In this document: piece after piece, positions 8,256 through 18,279 of the stretch
Layout: each line of letters opens with the position of its first letter
Numbering within the stretch: position 1 is the first letter of the stretch
Virus record (IMG/VR): IMGVR_UViG_3300030397_000065
Location: 1-47,772 of that record
DNA length: 47,772 bases
Source: a virus
Lineage: Duplodnaviria; Caudoviricetes
Reading direction: 5' to 3' (one strand)
The notes under the pieces: generated by a model
Seen by the model: only the letters and a program-made list of their open reading frames with translations
Told to the model about the DNA's origin: nothing
Database searches by the model: none
Translations under genes and position numbers: made by a program

Positions 8256-10180
8256 TGGCAAGTGTTGAACAGGGCGAACCTAAGAACGCTAACATCTCCA
8301 CTATGGGGATGGGCGGTATCGTGCATCACATTATGCCCATTGTACGTGAGAACCGCATGGTTCGGGATCGCCTTCATAAGAAGAAGTGGGATCAATATGA
8401 ACGTACATTCAGAGGACTCTACACCGGAAACGACAAAACCCGAGACGGAGAACGATCTCGCCTTGTGGCTCCTGCGCTCGCAGCCGCCATTGAGTCTACT
8501 TCTGCAACAATCGAAGACGCCGTGTTCAGCCGCGAGAAGTGGTTCGACGTATCTGACGACTTGGTTGACCAGAGCCCAGACGACATACAAGCAGCTCAGA
8601 AGATGCTTGAGGAAGACTTTGACTTAGCCGGGGTTCCCGACGCTATATCCAAGATCATCCTGTCCGGTTGTCTATACGGCACCGGCATTGGCAAGGTCAA
8701 TATCACCCGCCGTGAGATTCGCACTGTGGAGAACGGAGAGGTCAAGCGTGACTTCCGTCCTCTAGTTACCCTTGAGAGCATCCCCCCGTGGGAGTTTGTT
8801 ATTGACTCTCAGGCTCGTGACTTACAGAGTGCTTACTTCGTAGCCCATGAGACCCATGTCCCACGTAACGTGGTCTGGTCTCGCATCCGTAAGGGAGTGT
8901 ACCGTAATGTGCCTCTCCTCGGTAATACAGCCACCACCACGGCTAATCCTGCTGGTCAGGAGACCCCAGATGGGCAGCGCAAGTCAGAGGAAAGTGACGG
9001 CTCAGTATTCGTAACAGAGTACTATGGTCTAGTTCCTGCTGCTGCTGCTAAGTCTGCTGGCATACAGTTTACTAACGATGACGTACAGGGCAACGGCCAC
9101 GTAGAAGTCATTGTCACCATTGCTAACGAGCTGGAGGTTCTCCGGGCGGTAATCAACCCGTTCCAGACTAAGGATCGCCCTATCGTAGCATACCAACACA
9201 GTGTGGTTCCCGGTAAGTTCTGGGGTCGCGGTGTTGCGGAGAAAGGTTGGAACGCCCAGCGAGCACTCGATGCTGAGCTGAGGGCGCGGATGGATGCGTT
9301 AGGCTTGCTCACCTCCCCTATGATGGGCGCAGACATTACGCGACTCCCACGGAATCCGGATATGCGAGTTCGCCCCGGTAAGGTGTGGCTCACCCGTGGA
9401 CGTCCCTCAGAAGTTCTTGAGCCTGTCATACTCGGTAACATTGATCCAACCACATTTAACCAGTCCTCCGAGATGGAGCGGCTCGTTCAAGTAGGGACAG
9501 GCGCAATAGAGTCTAATGCACCCCTGAACGTAGACCGTCGTAATGAGACTGCTTCAGGCATTAGCATGATCCAGAGTTCCGCCCTCAAGAGGATGCGTAG
9601 AACTATGTGGAACATTGAGCGCCAGTTCCTCAATCCTTTCATCCGTAAGGCAATGCATCGCTATATGCAGTTCTCGCCCTCACGGTACAAGGCAGACTTC
9701 CAGTTCCGCATCAAGGGAACTATGGGCATTGTTGCTCGGGAGTTTGAGCAGGCACAGCTAATTGGCCTATTGAGTAATATCCCCCCAGAGAGTCCTCAGT
9801 ATAATCTAGTGCTGAAGTCTATTATTGAGCTGTCCAACTCACCTAAGCGTGACGAGTTGCTGGCCCAGATGGAGGAGATGAGCAAGCCCGATCCCGAGGC
9901 TGAGGCCATGCAGAAGGAACTCCAGAAGATTCAGTTCGAGTCCCAGAAAGAAGCTCTTAATGAGCAGAAGCTGGAGAACCAGAAGACTCAAGCTGAGATC
10001 GCTAAGCTGGCTGCTGAGATCGATGAGATTAAGGCTCGCACGGCTCTGGAGGACGATAAGGTTAGCATTCAAGCAGGTAACCTAGTAGTGGCCAAAGAGA
10101 AGCTCAAGGTAGATCGTGAGCGCATAGAAGCAGACAAAGAGAAGGCTAAGATTCAAGCAAGTAGACCAAAGGGGAGCTAA
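8255..10180 (+). CDS. Portal protein
   Basis: 641 aa directly after terL; LYGTGIGKV, PGKFWGRGVAEK, ETASGISM; C-terminal coiled-coil barrel. Confidence 0.9.
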   Translation: MASVEQGEPKNANISTMGMGGIVHHIMPIVRENRMVRDRLHKKKWDQYERTFRGLYTGNDKTRDGERSRLVAPALAAAIESTSATIEDAVFSREKWFDVSDDLVDQSPDDIQAAQKMLEEDFDLAGVPDAISKIILSGCLYGTGIGKVNITRREIRTVENGEVKRDFRPLVTLESIPPWEFVIDSQARDLQSAYFVAHETHVPRNVVWSRIRKGVYRNVPLLGNTATTTANPAGQETPDGQRKSEESDGSVFVTEYYGLVPAAAAKSAGIQFTNDDVQGNGHVEVIVTIANELEVLRAVINPFQTKDRPIVAYQHSVVPGKFWGRGVAEKGWNAQRALDAELRARMDALGLLTSPMMGADITRLPRNPDMRVRPGKVWLTRGRPSEVLEPVILGNIDPTTFNQSSEMERLVQVGTGAIESNAPLNVDRRNETASGISMIQSSALKRMRRTMWNIERQFLNPFIRKAMHRYMQFSPSRYKADFQFRIKGTMGIVAREFEQAQLIGLLSNIPPESPQYNLVLKSIIELSNSPKRDELLAQMEEMSKPDPEAEAMQKELQKIQFESQKEALNEQKLENQKTQAEIAKLAAEIDEIKARTALEDDKVSIQAGNLVVAKEKLKVDRERIEADKEKAKIQASRPKGS

Positions 10181-10420
10181 GTGAATATTACACAAGAACA
10201 GTTTGATGAAGCTGTCCTAGAGCTTACAGGCCGTCCAGAATGGGCTGTCTTTGAGCAGGGACTTAAGAATGAAATCTATCAATCACAAGCACGCGCCTTG
10301 AGTGCGGAAAGTTGGGAGGTGGTCTGTCGTCTACGTGGTTTCGCGGAGGGACTTTCGTTCGTTGGTAATTTGCGGGCCATGACTGTTGCAGCACAAGAGA
10401 ATAACGATGCCTCTGTATGA
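10181..10420 (+). CDS. Hypothetical head-module protein
   Basis: ORF between portal and scaffold, GTG start with GGAG. Confidence 0.65.
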   Translation: MNITQEQFDEAVLELTGRPEWAVFEQGLKNEIYQSQARALSAESWEVVCRLRGFAEGLSFVGNLRAMTVAAQENNDASV

Positions 10421-10658
10421 TTATGAATGTGCAGAGCACGGATACTTTAAGCAGAAGAATTCTATTGCTAATTATAAGAAGGGTGATTGCCCTGATTGCG
10501 GGAAGCGCGGCAAGAAAGTAATACTTAGCGCACCCGGACTAGATATTGAAGGAATGGCAGACGCTGGATGCCCGAGTGCTTTCGAGACCTCGGGGGACCG
10601 TCTAACGAGACGCCACAAAGAAGCAGGTCAGTACAATAATACTCTCGCTGAGTATTGA
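10407..10658 (+). CDS. FmdB-like zinc-ribbon protein
   Basis: MPLYDYECAEHG...CPDCG. Confidence 0.8.
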   Translation: MPLYDYECAEHGYFKQKNSIANYKKGDCPDCGKRGKKVILSAPGLDIEGMADAGCPSAFETSGDRLTRRHKEAGQYNNTLAEY

Positions 10659-10673
10659 TCTGATATAAGCGAG

Positions 10674-10737
10674 CAGCCCTACACCCTTTCCTCGGGCGGG
10701 CTGAAACAGAAACCGTACACCACTAAGAGTGGAGCGG
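10674..10737 (+). promoter_or_regulatory. Tandem bulged hairpins in the scaffold gene leader
   Basis: CAGCCC-TACA-CCC..GGG-C-GGGCTG (10674-10703) and CCG-TACA-CCACT..AGTGG-AG-CGG (10713-10737). Confidence 0.5.
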
Positions 10738-10758
10738 GACATTAGAGGAGTCATTGAC

Positions 10759-11538
10759 ATGGCTAACATAGCGGACTATCTCCCCGGAGGAGAAAAGGAC
10801 CCTAACAAATCCCCAGACGGGATAGATGCAGAAATCAACGATGCTAAAGCTCAACAGACTGCGAGGGAAACCTCTACACAGGAAGTTGATTGGCAGCAGA
10901 GGTACCAAGAGCTAGAGAAACTGAACAGCCGACAGGCCCAGACACTCGGCGAGTACCGAAAGACGATTGATGACTACATCGTAAACCCTACACCTGCGGA
11001 AGCCACCCCTCAAGAGGACGTGAAGCCTATAACGGCTGATGATCTTTACGAGGACCCGAACGCGGCTGTACAGCGTGCAGTCGAGTCGCATCCTGCAATT
11101 CAGGAGGCCCGAAAGCTGAAGGAGAAAGTCGAGCAAGATGAGCTTAATAGAGCCATCGCGGACTTTAAACAACGGCACCCGGACTTGGAGGAAATCTCCG
11201 CCACACCTGAGTTTCAGAATTGGGTCGTAGAGAACCCTACCCGAGTAGAACTTTATTCGAGGGGTAATCAATACGATCTCAGTGCTGCGGATGCACTCTT
11301 TAGTCTTTACAAAGCTGAAAAAGGACTTACCCAAGTCCGAGCCCAAGAAGATATCTCACAGGCAGAGCTTGTGTCGTCTTCTGGGGAGATGGTTCAAGAG
11401 CCACCTAAGTATAGTAGGTCCGAGTATGTGACAATGCTCCGACGTTCTAAACAGGGTGATCTGGAAGCAGAGGAATGGGTACGTAACAACGTCGGCAAGT
11501 ATCGTGAAGCACTAATGAGTGGTAATGTCCGTGACTAA
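10759..11538 (+). CDS. Scaffolding protein
   Basis: Acidic coiled-coil protein before MCP; YQELEKLNSRQAQTLGEYRK; GAGGAG RBS before ATG 10759. Confidence 0.85.
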   Translation: MANIADYLPGGEKDPNKSPDGIDAEINDAKAQQTARETSTQEVDWQQRYQELEKLNSRQAQTLGEYRKTIDDYIVNPTPAEATPQEDVKPITADDLYEDPNAAVQRAVESHPAIQEARKLKEKVEQDELNRAIADFKQRHPDLEEISATPEFQNWVVENPTRVELYSRGNQYDLSAADALFSLYKAEKGLTQVRAQEDISQAELVSSSGEMVQEPPKYSRSEYVTMLRRSKQGDLEAEEWVRNNVGKYREALMSGNVRD

Positions 11539-11578
11539 ATAACTATTGTTCTAACCACCACGTAAGAGGTATTAACTA

Positions 11579-12535
11579 ATGGCAACTTTGTACGCGCCAG
11601 ATACCGCGACAAATCCGACTACCGTAACTACGGCAGCCAACTTTATCAAAGAGTTGTGGTCGGATGAAGTACTCGCAGTATATAAGGCGAATACGGTCAT
11701 GGTTCCTCTCATCCAGTCCATGCCTTTCGCTGGACAGAAGGGTGATACGGTCCATGTACCAAAACCATCTCGTGGCTCTGTAAACGCTAAAGCAGCGGGC
11801 ACAGGCGTTACGATTAATGTTGAGACGGCTGGAGTGTTCAATCTCACGATTGACCAGCACTTCGAGTACTCTCGACTTATTGAAGACATTGCTAAGATTC
11901 AGGCGCTTGACTCCATGCGTGCGTTCTACACGGACGACGCCGGTTACGCTCACGCCCTGTCTCTGGATACGGCAATTCACAACCTTGGCGCTCAGGTAGG
12001 TAATGGCTCCACCACGGCAGGTTCGAACTACTCGAATGCTGTTATTGGTGGCGACGGCTCTACGGCATGGGTACAGACTGGTTCCGGTAACGGTTCTGCT
12101 CTGACTGATGCTGGTATCCGGCGTGCTATTCAGACTCTTGACGACGCGAACGTACCGGCCCGCATGCGTGCCCTCATCGTTCCGCCCGTCGAGAAACGTC
12201 GCCTCTTGGGTCTGTCTCGCTTTACGGAGCAGGCATTCGTTGGTGAAGTAGGTGGAAGCAACTCCATCCGCAACGGCTTGATCGGTGACATCTATGGTGT
12301 TCCGGTTTACGTCTCTACCAATGTGCCCACGATTGACTCCTCGGACTGCACGAGCTACCGTCCGGTCCTTCTCTTGCAGAAGGAATTCGCGGTAATCGCA
12401 GAGCAACTCGCTCCGCGCTCTCAGTCGCAGTACAAACAGGAGTTCTTGGCTGATCTATTCACGGTTGACACTATCTACGGTCTGGGCGTACCCCGTCCTG
12501 AAGCTGGTGTTGCCTTGATGGTTCCTGCTGCATAA
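11579..12535 (+). CDS. Major capsid protein
   Basis: FIKELWSDEV, GQKGDTVHVP, LDDANVP, GDIYGVPVYVS, DTIYG motifs; position after scaffold. Confidence 0.92.
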   Translation: MATLYAPDTATNPTTVTTAANFIKELWSDEVLAVYKANTVMVPLIQSMPFAGQKGDTVHVPKPSRGSVNAKAAGTGVTINVETAGVFNLTIDQHFEYSRLIEDIAKIQALDSMRAFYTDDAGYAHALSLDTAIHNLGAQVGNGSTTAGSNYSNAVIGGDGSTAWVQTGSGNGSALTDAGIRRAIQTLDDANVPARMRALIVPPVEKRRLLGLSRFTEQAFVGEVGGSNSIRNGLIGDIYGVPVYVSTNVPTIDSSDCTSYRPVLLLQKEFAVIAEQLAPRSQSQYKQEFLADLFTVDTIYGLGVPRPEAGVALMVPAA

Positions 12536-12546
12536 GGAGGAGCATC

Positions 12547-12708
12547 ATGAGTAGAGTATCAACAGGAGTTCCCGCAGACGAAGATGCACCTGCGGCAATT
12601 GCGGATGTATCAGTAACTGGCACTTATGCCACGGATGATACTCCGATTGAAACGGCTATTAACTCCATTCTTGCGGCTCTTAGAGACGCTGGGATTATTC
12701 AGTCGTAA
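12547..12708 (+). CDS. Head fibre/decoration protein (53 aa); not in the ORF track
   Basis: AGGAGG RBS; C-terminus INSILAALRDAGII typical of phage head-fibre proteins. Confidence 0.7.
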   Translation: MSRVSTGVPADEDAPAAIADVSVTGTYATDDTPIETAINSILAALRDAGIIQS

Positions 12709-12715
12709 TTGGTCT

Positions 12716-12745
12716 GGGGGTCCTTACGGGCCCCCTTACCCTTAT
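12716..12745 (+). terminator. Intrinsic terminator-like hairpin after the capsid genes
   Basis: GGGGGTCC-TTAC-GGGCCCCC followed by a weak T-rich tail. Confidence 0.65.
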
Positions 12746-12759
12746 GTTGGAGCAGTTAG

Positions 12760-14238
12760 GTGTCAGATCGACGATACTCCTTAGTTAATCACAGTCATTA
12801 TCCTATAACGGATAACGAGAGAGACTCAGGAATATTAGTAGTTAATCTGGCTTACCCTTCTGGTAACGTACTTAGGTACGGAGCGGACCCCACGGGAAGC
12901 TCAAGCTCTAGCGCAGCAGTACAGGCAGCAGTAGATTCACTAGACGCTAATCTAGGTGGTCTGGTCACTATCCCAGAAGGTCGCTATATTGTTGGAGATA
13001 TCCTAGTAGATGGAGATGATTTTGCTAATGGGGGTGTCTGGTTTGAGCTATCTCCTCGCACTGTTATAGATGTACCTTCCTCAGCGGATCACTGTATTAA
13101 GTTTCAGGGAGCATCCTCCGCAAGTCCTATTAATAATGTTGGAGTCACTGGAGGACGTATTGTAGGTACTGAAGATGGGGCCGACTACGGAATCCATCTA
13201 GAAGATGTAACGAATTGGCATGTAAGAGATACTTCTATAGTGCAGTTCTTTTCTTCTCCAAGAGGAACTAGGGCAGGTATCTACTGCGAGTATGCTATCT
13301 ATGGAGTTATTACACGACCTCAGATAGATACATGTGACTTTGGTATTAATGTAGAGAATGATTCTACTAACACCTACAGACAAACAACTGTACAGATTGT
13401 TGGTGGTTCAGTACGCACCTGCTACCGAGCCTTAAGAGTTGATGACGGAGTTAATATCAATGCGTTTGGTACAGCATTTGAGAACAGCTCTATTGGAGTC
13501 TACTACGACTACACTAGAACTACTGGCACAAATTCTGCGTCCTGTAGTCTCATGGCGTGTTATTTCGAGAGGAATGGACGTCATATAAAGATAACTGAGC
13601 ATGGAACAGCTATTTCCCGTGGTATAGTAATCCAAAACTGTTATCTAGAGAGTGTTTCTACTACCTATGTAAGTACAGATTCTTTTGAGGACTCTAACTC
13701 AGGTGATTATAAGCTAGATATTGATGGCTCAAATCACGTTATTGTTGGAAATCACTGGTCTTCCGCTGCATCTGTAGCAGATATTCTCATAGTTTCTGGG
13801 GCTCTTAATAATTACATTGGCCGACAAGGAGTTCAGGCCAGCAGCGTAGCTTTATCAGATAGTGGTACCGGCACGCTAAATGATATGACTCCTCTAACAT
13901 CAGAGAATGATGCAACAGTTAATGCTAAGTTTCGGTTCTCTGATAATATTAGACTAGAGAATGATATTGCCCTTCAGGCCCTAAATAATGCAGGGTCTTC
14001 ATGGAGAAATCTCCTAAAGATTACTACGGGAGATAACATTCTAGTAGGTAATAGTGGAGACTCCACCATTGTCTACTCGTCTGACCAACCTCGTTGGTTT
14101 GATGGAGCCAATACTGAAAGAATATGTACTAGTGACGGCGACACTGGGGGTTCTTCTTCCGCTGGGGCCGGTAACCAGTATGTAGAGATTAATATAAACG
14201 GGACTGTATATAAAGTCCTTCATGATGGAACAGTCTAA
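12760..14238 (+). CDS. Tailspike/depolymerase with pectate-lyase-like beta-helix
   Basis: NVLRYGADPTGSSSSSAAVQAAVD..VTIPEGRY (Pectate_lyase_3 N-terminus) followed by beta-helix repeats. Confidence 0.8.
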   Translation: MSDRRYSLVNHSHYPITDNERDSGILVVNLAYPSGNVLRYGADPTGSSSSSAAVQAAVDSLDANLGGLVTIPEGRYIVGDILVDGDDFANGGVWFELSPRTVIDVPSSADHCIKFQGASSASPINNVGVTGGRIVGTEDGADYGIHLEDVTNWHVRDTSIVQFFSSPRGTRAGIYCEYAIYGVITRPQIDTCDFGINVENDSTNTYRQTTVQIVGGSVRTCYRALRVDDGVNINAFGTAFENSSIGVYYDYTRTTGTNSASCSLMACYFERNGRHIKITEHGTAISRGIVIQNCYLESVSTTYVSTDSFEDSNSGDYKLDIDGSNHVIVGNHWSSAASVADILIVSGALNNYIGRQGVQASSVALSDSGTGTLNDMTPLTSENDATVNAKFRFSDNIRLENDIALQALNNAGSSWRNLLKITTGDNILVGNSGDSTIVYSSDQPRWFDGANTERICTSDGDTGGSSSAGAGNQYVEININGTVYKVLHDGTV

Positions 14239-14248
14239 GGAGAATATT

Positions 14249-14350
14249 ATGTCAGACGTAGGACTTATTGTTCAGGTAGTACTCGCCGCCTTGATGGTGG
14301 CTGGAGTCATTTGGGCATTTAAAGAAGTAAAGAAGAATAAGGACAAGTAA
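14249..14350 (+). CDS. 33-aa single-pass membrane micro-protein
   Basis: AAGGAG RBS; MSDVGLIVQVVLAALMVAGVIWAFKEVKKNKDK*; stop overlaps next ATG. Confidence 0.6.
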   Translation: MSDVGLIVQVVLAALMVAGVIWAFKEVKKNKDK

Positions 14351-15069
14351 TGGCTGACCAGCTCACAATTGTCAACTCCGTCCTTGAGCGTCTCCGCGAG
14401 GACACCGTAACTACTGTTAGCGAGAATGATTACTCGAAGCTGATAGCTAAGTTCGTGAACGACGCTAAGGCAGATATGGAGGACGTCAATTGGGAGTGGT
14501 CTGTGTACACCACTGAGATCGACACTACCATATTGGCTGACGGCACTCGTTCCTACGATCTCACTGGCACTAACGATAGGTCTCACCTGATCCGCCAGAA
14601 AGAGGACAGGCTGCCTATGGCCTTTGACATTACTACCAACGAGAAGGGACAACTCTACGATATTCCCTACAAGGAACTGCTGGAGTGTAGGGCCACAGAG
14701 ACTGGTGTCGATGTGGCTATTCCCCGCACGTTCTCTATCACTACGGACGCTGACGGGAGAGGTTATACCCTGACTCTGTTATGGGGCGCAGACAACGCTC
14801 GGTCTTGGCGGACCTACTGGTATGTGCCACAGGCTGATCTGTCTACCTCCAGCGGCGACGACGACATGACAGAGATATTGCTGCCTCGTAGGCCTATTGA
14901 AAACCGGGCGTACTATTATGCTCTGGAGGATAGAGGAGAGGCTACTGGCCCATCCCTGCAACTCAAGTGGGAGATGTCCCAGCAGATGATAGGGGCAGCC
15001 CTTGAGCTAGACATGCAGGTAATGAAGAAGTCAGACGAGAATGACTTTAGGAATGAAGAAAACCTCTAA
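14350..15069 (+). CDS. Head-tail adaptor / tail tubular protein A
   Basis: LTIVNSVLERLRE..FVNDAK..W motif; synteny. Confidence 0.75.
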   Translation: MADQLTIVNSVLERLREDTVTTVSENDYSKLIAKFVNDAKADMEDVNWEWSVYTTEIDTTILADGTRSYDLTGTNDRSHLIRQKEDRLPMAFDITTNEKGQLYDIPYKELLECRATETGVDVAIPRTFSITTDADGRGYTLTLLWGADNARSWRTYWYVPQADLSTSSGDDDMTEILLPRRPIENRAYYYALEDRGEATGPSLQLKWEMSQQMIGAALELDMQVMKKSDENDFRNEENL

Positions 15070-16682
15070 TGCCTAACTCTCAGTCACAGTTTGGTCAGGG
15101 AACTCAGCTAATACCTATTAGTCTAAGCTCCCCGGCCTTTCTTGGCCTTAATACGGAACTCTCAGGTAATATCCTGCCTCCGTCTTGGGCAACGACTCTC
15201 GATAACGTCGTATTCGATGAGTCAGGGCGTCCGGCTGCTCGTAATGGGTGGTTGTCCTTAACTTCTTCCGCCGGGACCGGAGATGTCAAGCGTATATTTG
15301 AGTACTACAAGGCAGATGGCACGAGTGATGTTATCTACTCTACAGACTCAGACATATACAGAGACACTACTACAGCTACCTCATTAGAAGGGTCACTCAC
15401 AGTGACGGACGGAAACATTAAGTTCGTTAACTTTAACGATAAAGCTATCGCCTTTGGCATAGGCACGGCGGGTATCCCGGCAGTTAAAACTACTGGTAAC
15501 TTCGCAGATATTACCGTAAACAGTGGTACAGCCCCCACTTCTGGTATAGGGACTTCAGCGTTCGGACGTCTGTGGGCTGTAGATGCGGACGGAAAGACGC
15601 TGAGGTACTGTGCTCTGCTCGATGAAACTCGTTGGGCGGCTGCCGATGGTGGAGGTCTTATTGACTTCTCTAAAGTATGGCCTTCTGGGCAAGACTCTAT
15701 AGTATCTGTGGAGGAGTTTGGGGGGGATTTAGTTGTTCTCGGCTCCAATAATACTGTTATTATCACAGATGGGCAAGGAGCAGCTTTAGGTATTGATCCT
15801 AATGCCCTGTACGTCTCTGACACTATCCCCGGAATGGGGGCAGTATCTCAGTTTGCTATTACTAGGGCTGCTGGGGACCTATGGGTCCTCACTAGGTCTG
15901 GGGTTGTAGGGCTCAAGAGAGAACTTCAAGTTAAGTCTACTCCGACTACTAATATCTCTAAGAATATCCAGTCTTCTATTGTCATGGCTACGGCTAATGA
16001 GACGAATTCTGATAACATCACTATGGAGTATTCTCCTAAGAAGTCTATGGTGGTGTTATGTTTTCCTACAAGTAACCAGCAATTTATCTTTGACACCAGA
16101 GTACCCCTAGAAGATGGCTCGTATAGAGCCGCTTCATGGACCTCCAATCTCCAGACTCTATCGTACATACGGGATAGTCAGGACCTGTACGGCTCCCTAA
16201 CAGGCACCGCAGGAGAGGTCATGCAGTACACGGGGTTCAGCGACGACGGGGAGACTTACTCTTTCGACTATGAGTCTGGGTGGCTGGACTTAGGAGAGGA
16301 GAATAACCTTTTCCTCAAGTTTGTCAAGCGTCTCACTAGCTTTGTGTTCGTGTCAGCTAATACTACCATCACCAGTAAGGTTGACTATGACTTCGGGGCT
16401 AAAGAATTCACTATACAGCGACAGGCCTCAGGGGGCAGGGTAGCGGAGTACGGCACGGCAGAGTATGGAGCTAATGGTGTATATGACATCAATGACTCCA
16501 GTGCTGTGGCCGGTACCGATGTGGCTGAGTACTCTGGGTCTTTGTCTCTACGCACAGTAGATGCTCCGGGACGAGGCGGAGGCCAGTACATGCGCATAGG
16601 GTTACGACTAGACACTAATTCAGGAGACGTAGCTCTCCAACAGATTAACTTATATGCTAAGCTCGGGAGGCTCGCAGTTTAA
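15069..16682 (+). CDS. Tail nozzle / tail tubular protein B (beta-propeller)
   Basis: PAFLGLN, AFGRLW, beta-rich 537 aa; synteny. Confidence 0.75.
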   Translation: MPNSQSQFGQGTQLIPISLSSPAFLGLNTELSGNILPPSWATTLDNVVFDESGRPAARNGWLSLTSSAGTGDVKRIFEYYKADGTSDVIYSTDSDIYRDTTTATSLEGSLTVTDGNIKFVNFNDKAIAFGIGTAGIPAVKTTGNFADITVNSGTAPTSGIGTSAFGRLWAVDADGKTLRYCALLDETRWAAADGGGLIDFSKVWPSGQDSIVSVEEFGGDLVVLGSNNTVIITDGQGAALGIDPNALYVSDTIPGMGAVSQFAITRAAGDLWVLTRSGVVGLKRELQVKSTPTTNISKNIQSSIVMATANETNSDNITMEYSPKKSMVVLCFPTSNQQFIFDTRVPLEDGSYRAASWTSNLQTLSYIRDSQDLYGSLTGTAGEVMQYTGFSDDGETYSFDYESGWLDLGEENNLFLKFVKRLTSFVFVSANTTITSKVDYDFGAKEFTIQRQASGGRVAEYGTAEYGANGVYDINDSSAVAGTDVAEYSGSLSLRTVDAPGRGGGQYMRIGLRLDTNSGDVALQQINLYAKLGRLAV

Positions 16683-17803
16683 TGAGTGACTATACAAAGA
16701 CTACTGACTTTGGAGCTAAGGATGCTCTAGCGAGTGGGCTGGCGGCTAAGGTAGTTAAAGGCTCGGAGATTGATGACGAGTTTGATAACATCGCTACGGC
16801 TGTCGCCACTAAGTATGATAGCACAGATAGAGGGGCTGCCAATGGTATTGCCTCCTTAGACTCTGGTGGACTTATACTCGCCGCAGAGCTTCCGGCTGCT
16901 ACAGAGAGTGCCGTTGGTGCTCTTGAGATTGCTACCACAGCAGAAGCTAACGCACGTACTGCTACTGATAAGATTCTAGTTCCCTCTCTAATTGATGGGT
17001 TCATGGATACTTGGGCGGCAGACGCTAGTGGGGGTGTTGCAGCTCTCCAGACTTTCGCAGACCCAGATGCTGATGAATTCTTCGGGTGGGACGACTCAGC
17101 CGGAGCATGGGTAGGGTTCACAGTAGGTACTGGTTTGGCGTTTAACGCCACCCCCGGAATTGAACTAGACTTTCTGGGAATCGAGGACTTGACGGACCCC
17201 GGAGCAGACTCCCTTATGGCATGGGACGACACAGCGGGGGCTGCTGCTTGGTTCACTACGGCAGATGGTCTCTCCTTTGATAATGGCGCGAGTACTATTG
17301 GCATTACAGATGTAGCCGCAGGCGCGGCACAGCCTGTTAATATTAGCTCAGGAACCTTCACATTTGATCTGAGTTCCATTACAGAGATTGCGGCCCCAGA
17401 CCTAGACCAAGCTGCTGACGGTGTGCTTGTCAATGATGCTGGTACTATTAAGGTACTTCCTATAGATCAAGCAGGTCTCTTAGTTGTTGACGCAGCCGAC
17501 GCTATACAGACGTTCGCCCTTACTGATGCTAACACCTTGCAGTCCTACGACAGCACCACAAGTCGAGTATGGACAATCCCAGCTAACGCCTCTGTAGCGT
17601 TTGAAATTGGCACTGTTATCTTAATCTCCTGTATCAGCACGGGGGTTATTACTGTTACTGCGGATACGGGCGTAACTCTTATGTCTATATTCAACTCAGC
17701 GGGTACTACTGCTACGTCAGACACTATGCTGGCTGGTGGTACGGCTGCTTTAATTAAGGTAGCAACGAACGAGTGGGTATTTACTGGCGATATTACTGAC
17801 TAA
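16682..17803 (+). CDS. Tail fibre protein
   Basis: MSDYTKTTDFGAKDAL..KVVKGSEIDDEFDNIATA podovirus fibre anchor; C-terminal TIPANASVAFEIGT..LIKVATNEW. Confidence 0.8.
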   Translation: MSDYTKTTDFGAKDALASGLAAKVVKGSEIDDEFDNIATAVATKYDSTDRGAANGIASLDSGGLILAAELPAATESAVGALEIATTAEANARTATDKILVPSLIDGFMDTWAADASGGVAALQTFADPDADEFFGWDDSAGAWVGFTVGTGLAFNATPGIELDFLGIEDLTDPGADSLMAWDDTAGAAAWFTTADGLSFDNGASTIGITDVAAGAAQPVNISSGTFTFDLSSITEIAAPDLDQAADGVLVNDAGTIKVLPIDQAGLLVVDAADAIQTFALTDANTLQSYDSTTSRVWTIPANASVAFEIGTVILISCISTGVITVTADTGVTLMSIFNSAGTTATSDTMLAGGTAALIKVATNEWVFTGDITD

Positions 17804-18270
17804 TGATAATCCATCTTATCCCTAGCTTTGTATCCGGCGGCCCAAAGGTCACCTTGTCTGGTGAAACAAACACTGTGGGGGATGCTGTGGCTCCTCATGA
17901 TACTTTCGCTTCATTAAAGATAGACGCGGATGGTAATGTATACATGGGGGATGCTGTGAATGGCGCAGCTATATCATATACTCAGGTAGACACAGGTACC
18001 GACTGGATCAGACCCGCAGCAGCGGCTAGTTCTCTGTATGAAGTCCGTGTGACTTCTGTGGATCATAACGCAGGTTCTGATAATGGCTCTGGGTGGGACG
18101 TCTCTCCGGGAACGGATGGAGACTGGTTTACCCTAGATACAGACCGCATATGGAATACCAATGAAACTACCGTAGGTTCTTATTCAACGACCTTTACGGT
18201 GGAGATACGCCGAGGCAGTACTACTCTGGCCTCAGCGTCCTACGCTTTGAACATCGAGAACACACTCTAA
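17803..18270 (+). CDS. Tail-fibre-associated protein
   Basis: Coupled to the fibre gene; beta-rich. Confidence 0.5.
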   Translation: MIIHLIPSFVSGGPKVTLSGETNTVGDAVAPHDTFASLKIDADGNVYMGDAVNGAAISYTQVDTGTDWIRPAAAASSLYEVRVTSVDHNAGSDNGSGWDVSPGTDGDWFTLDTDRIWNTNETTVGSYSTTFTVEIRRGSTTLASASYALNIENTL

Positions 18271-18279
18271 GGAAATAAC

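Noticed and set aside
11576-12406. 276-aa antisense ORF over the major capsid gene (similar ones at 16690-17433 and 19212-19931)
   Set aside because: Shadow ORFs caused by codon bias of the sense genes; no motifs or RBS
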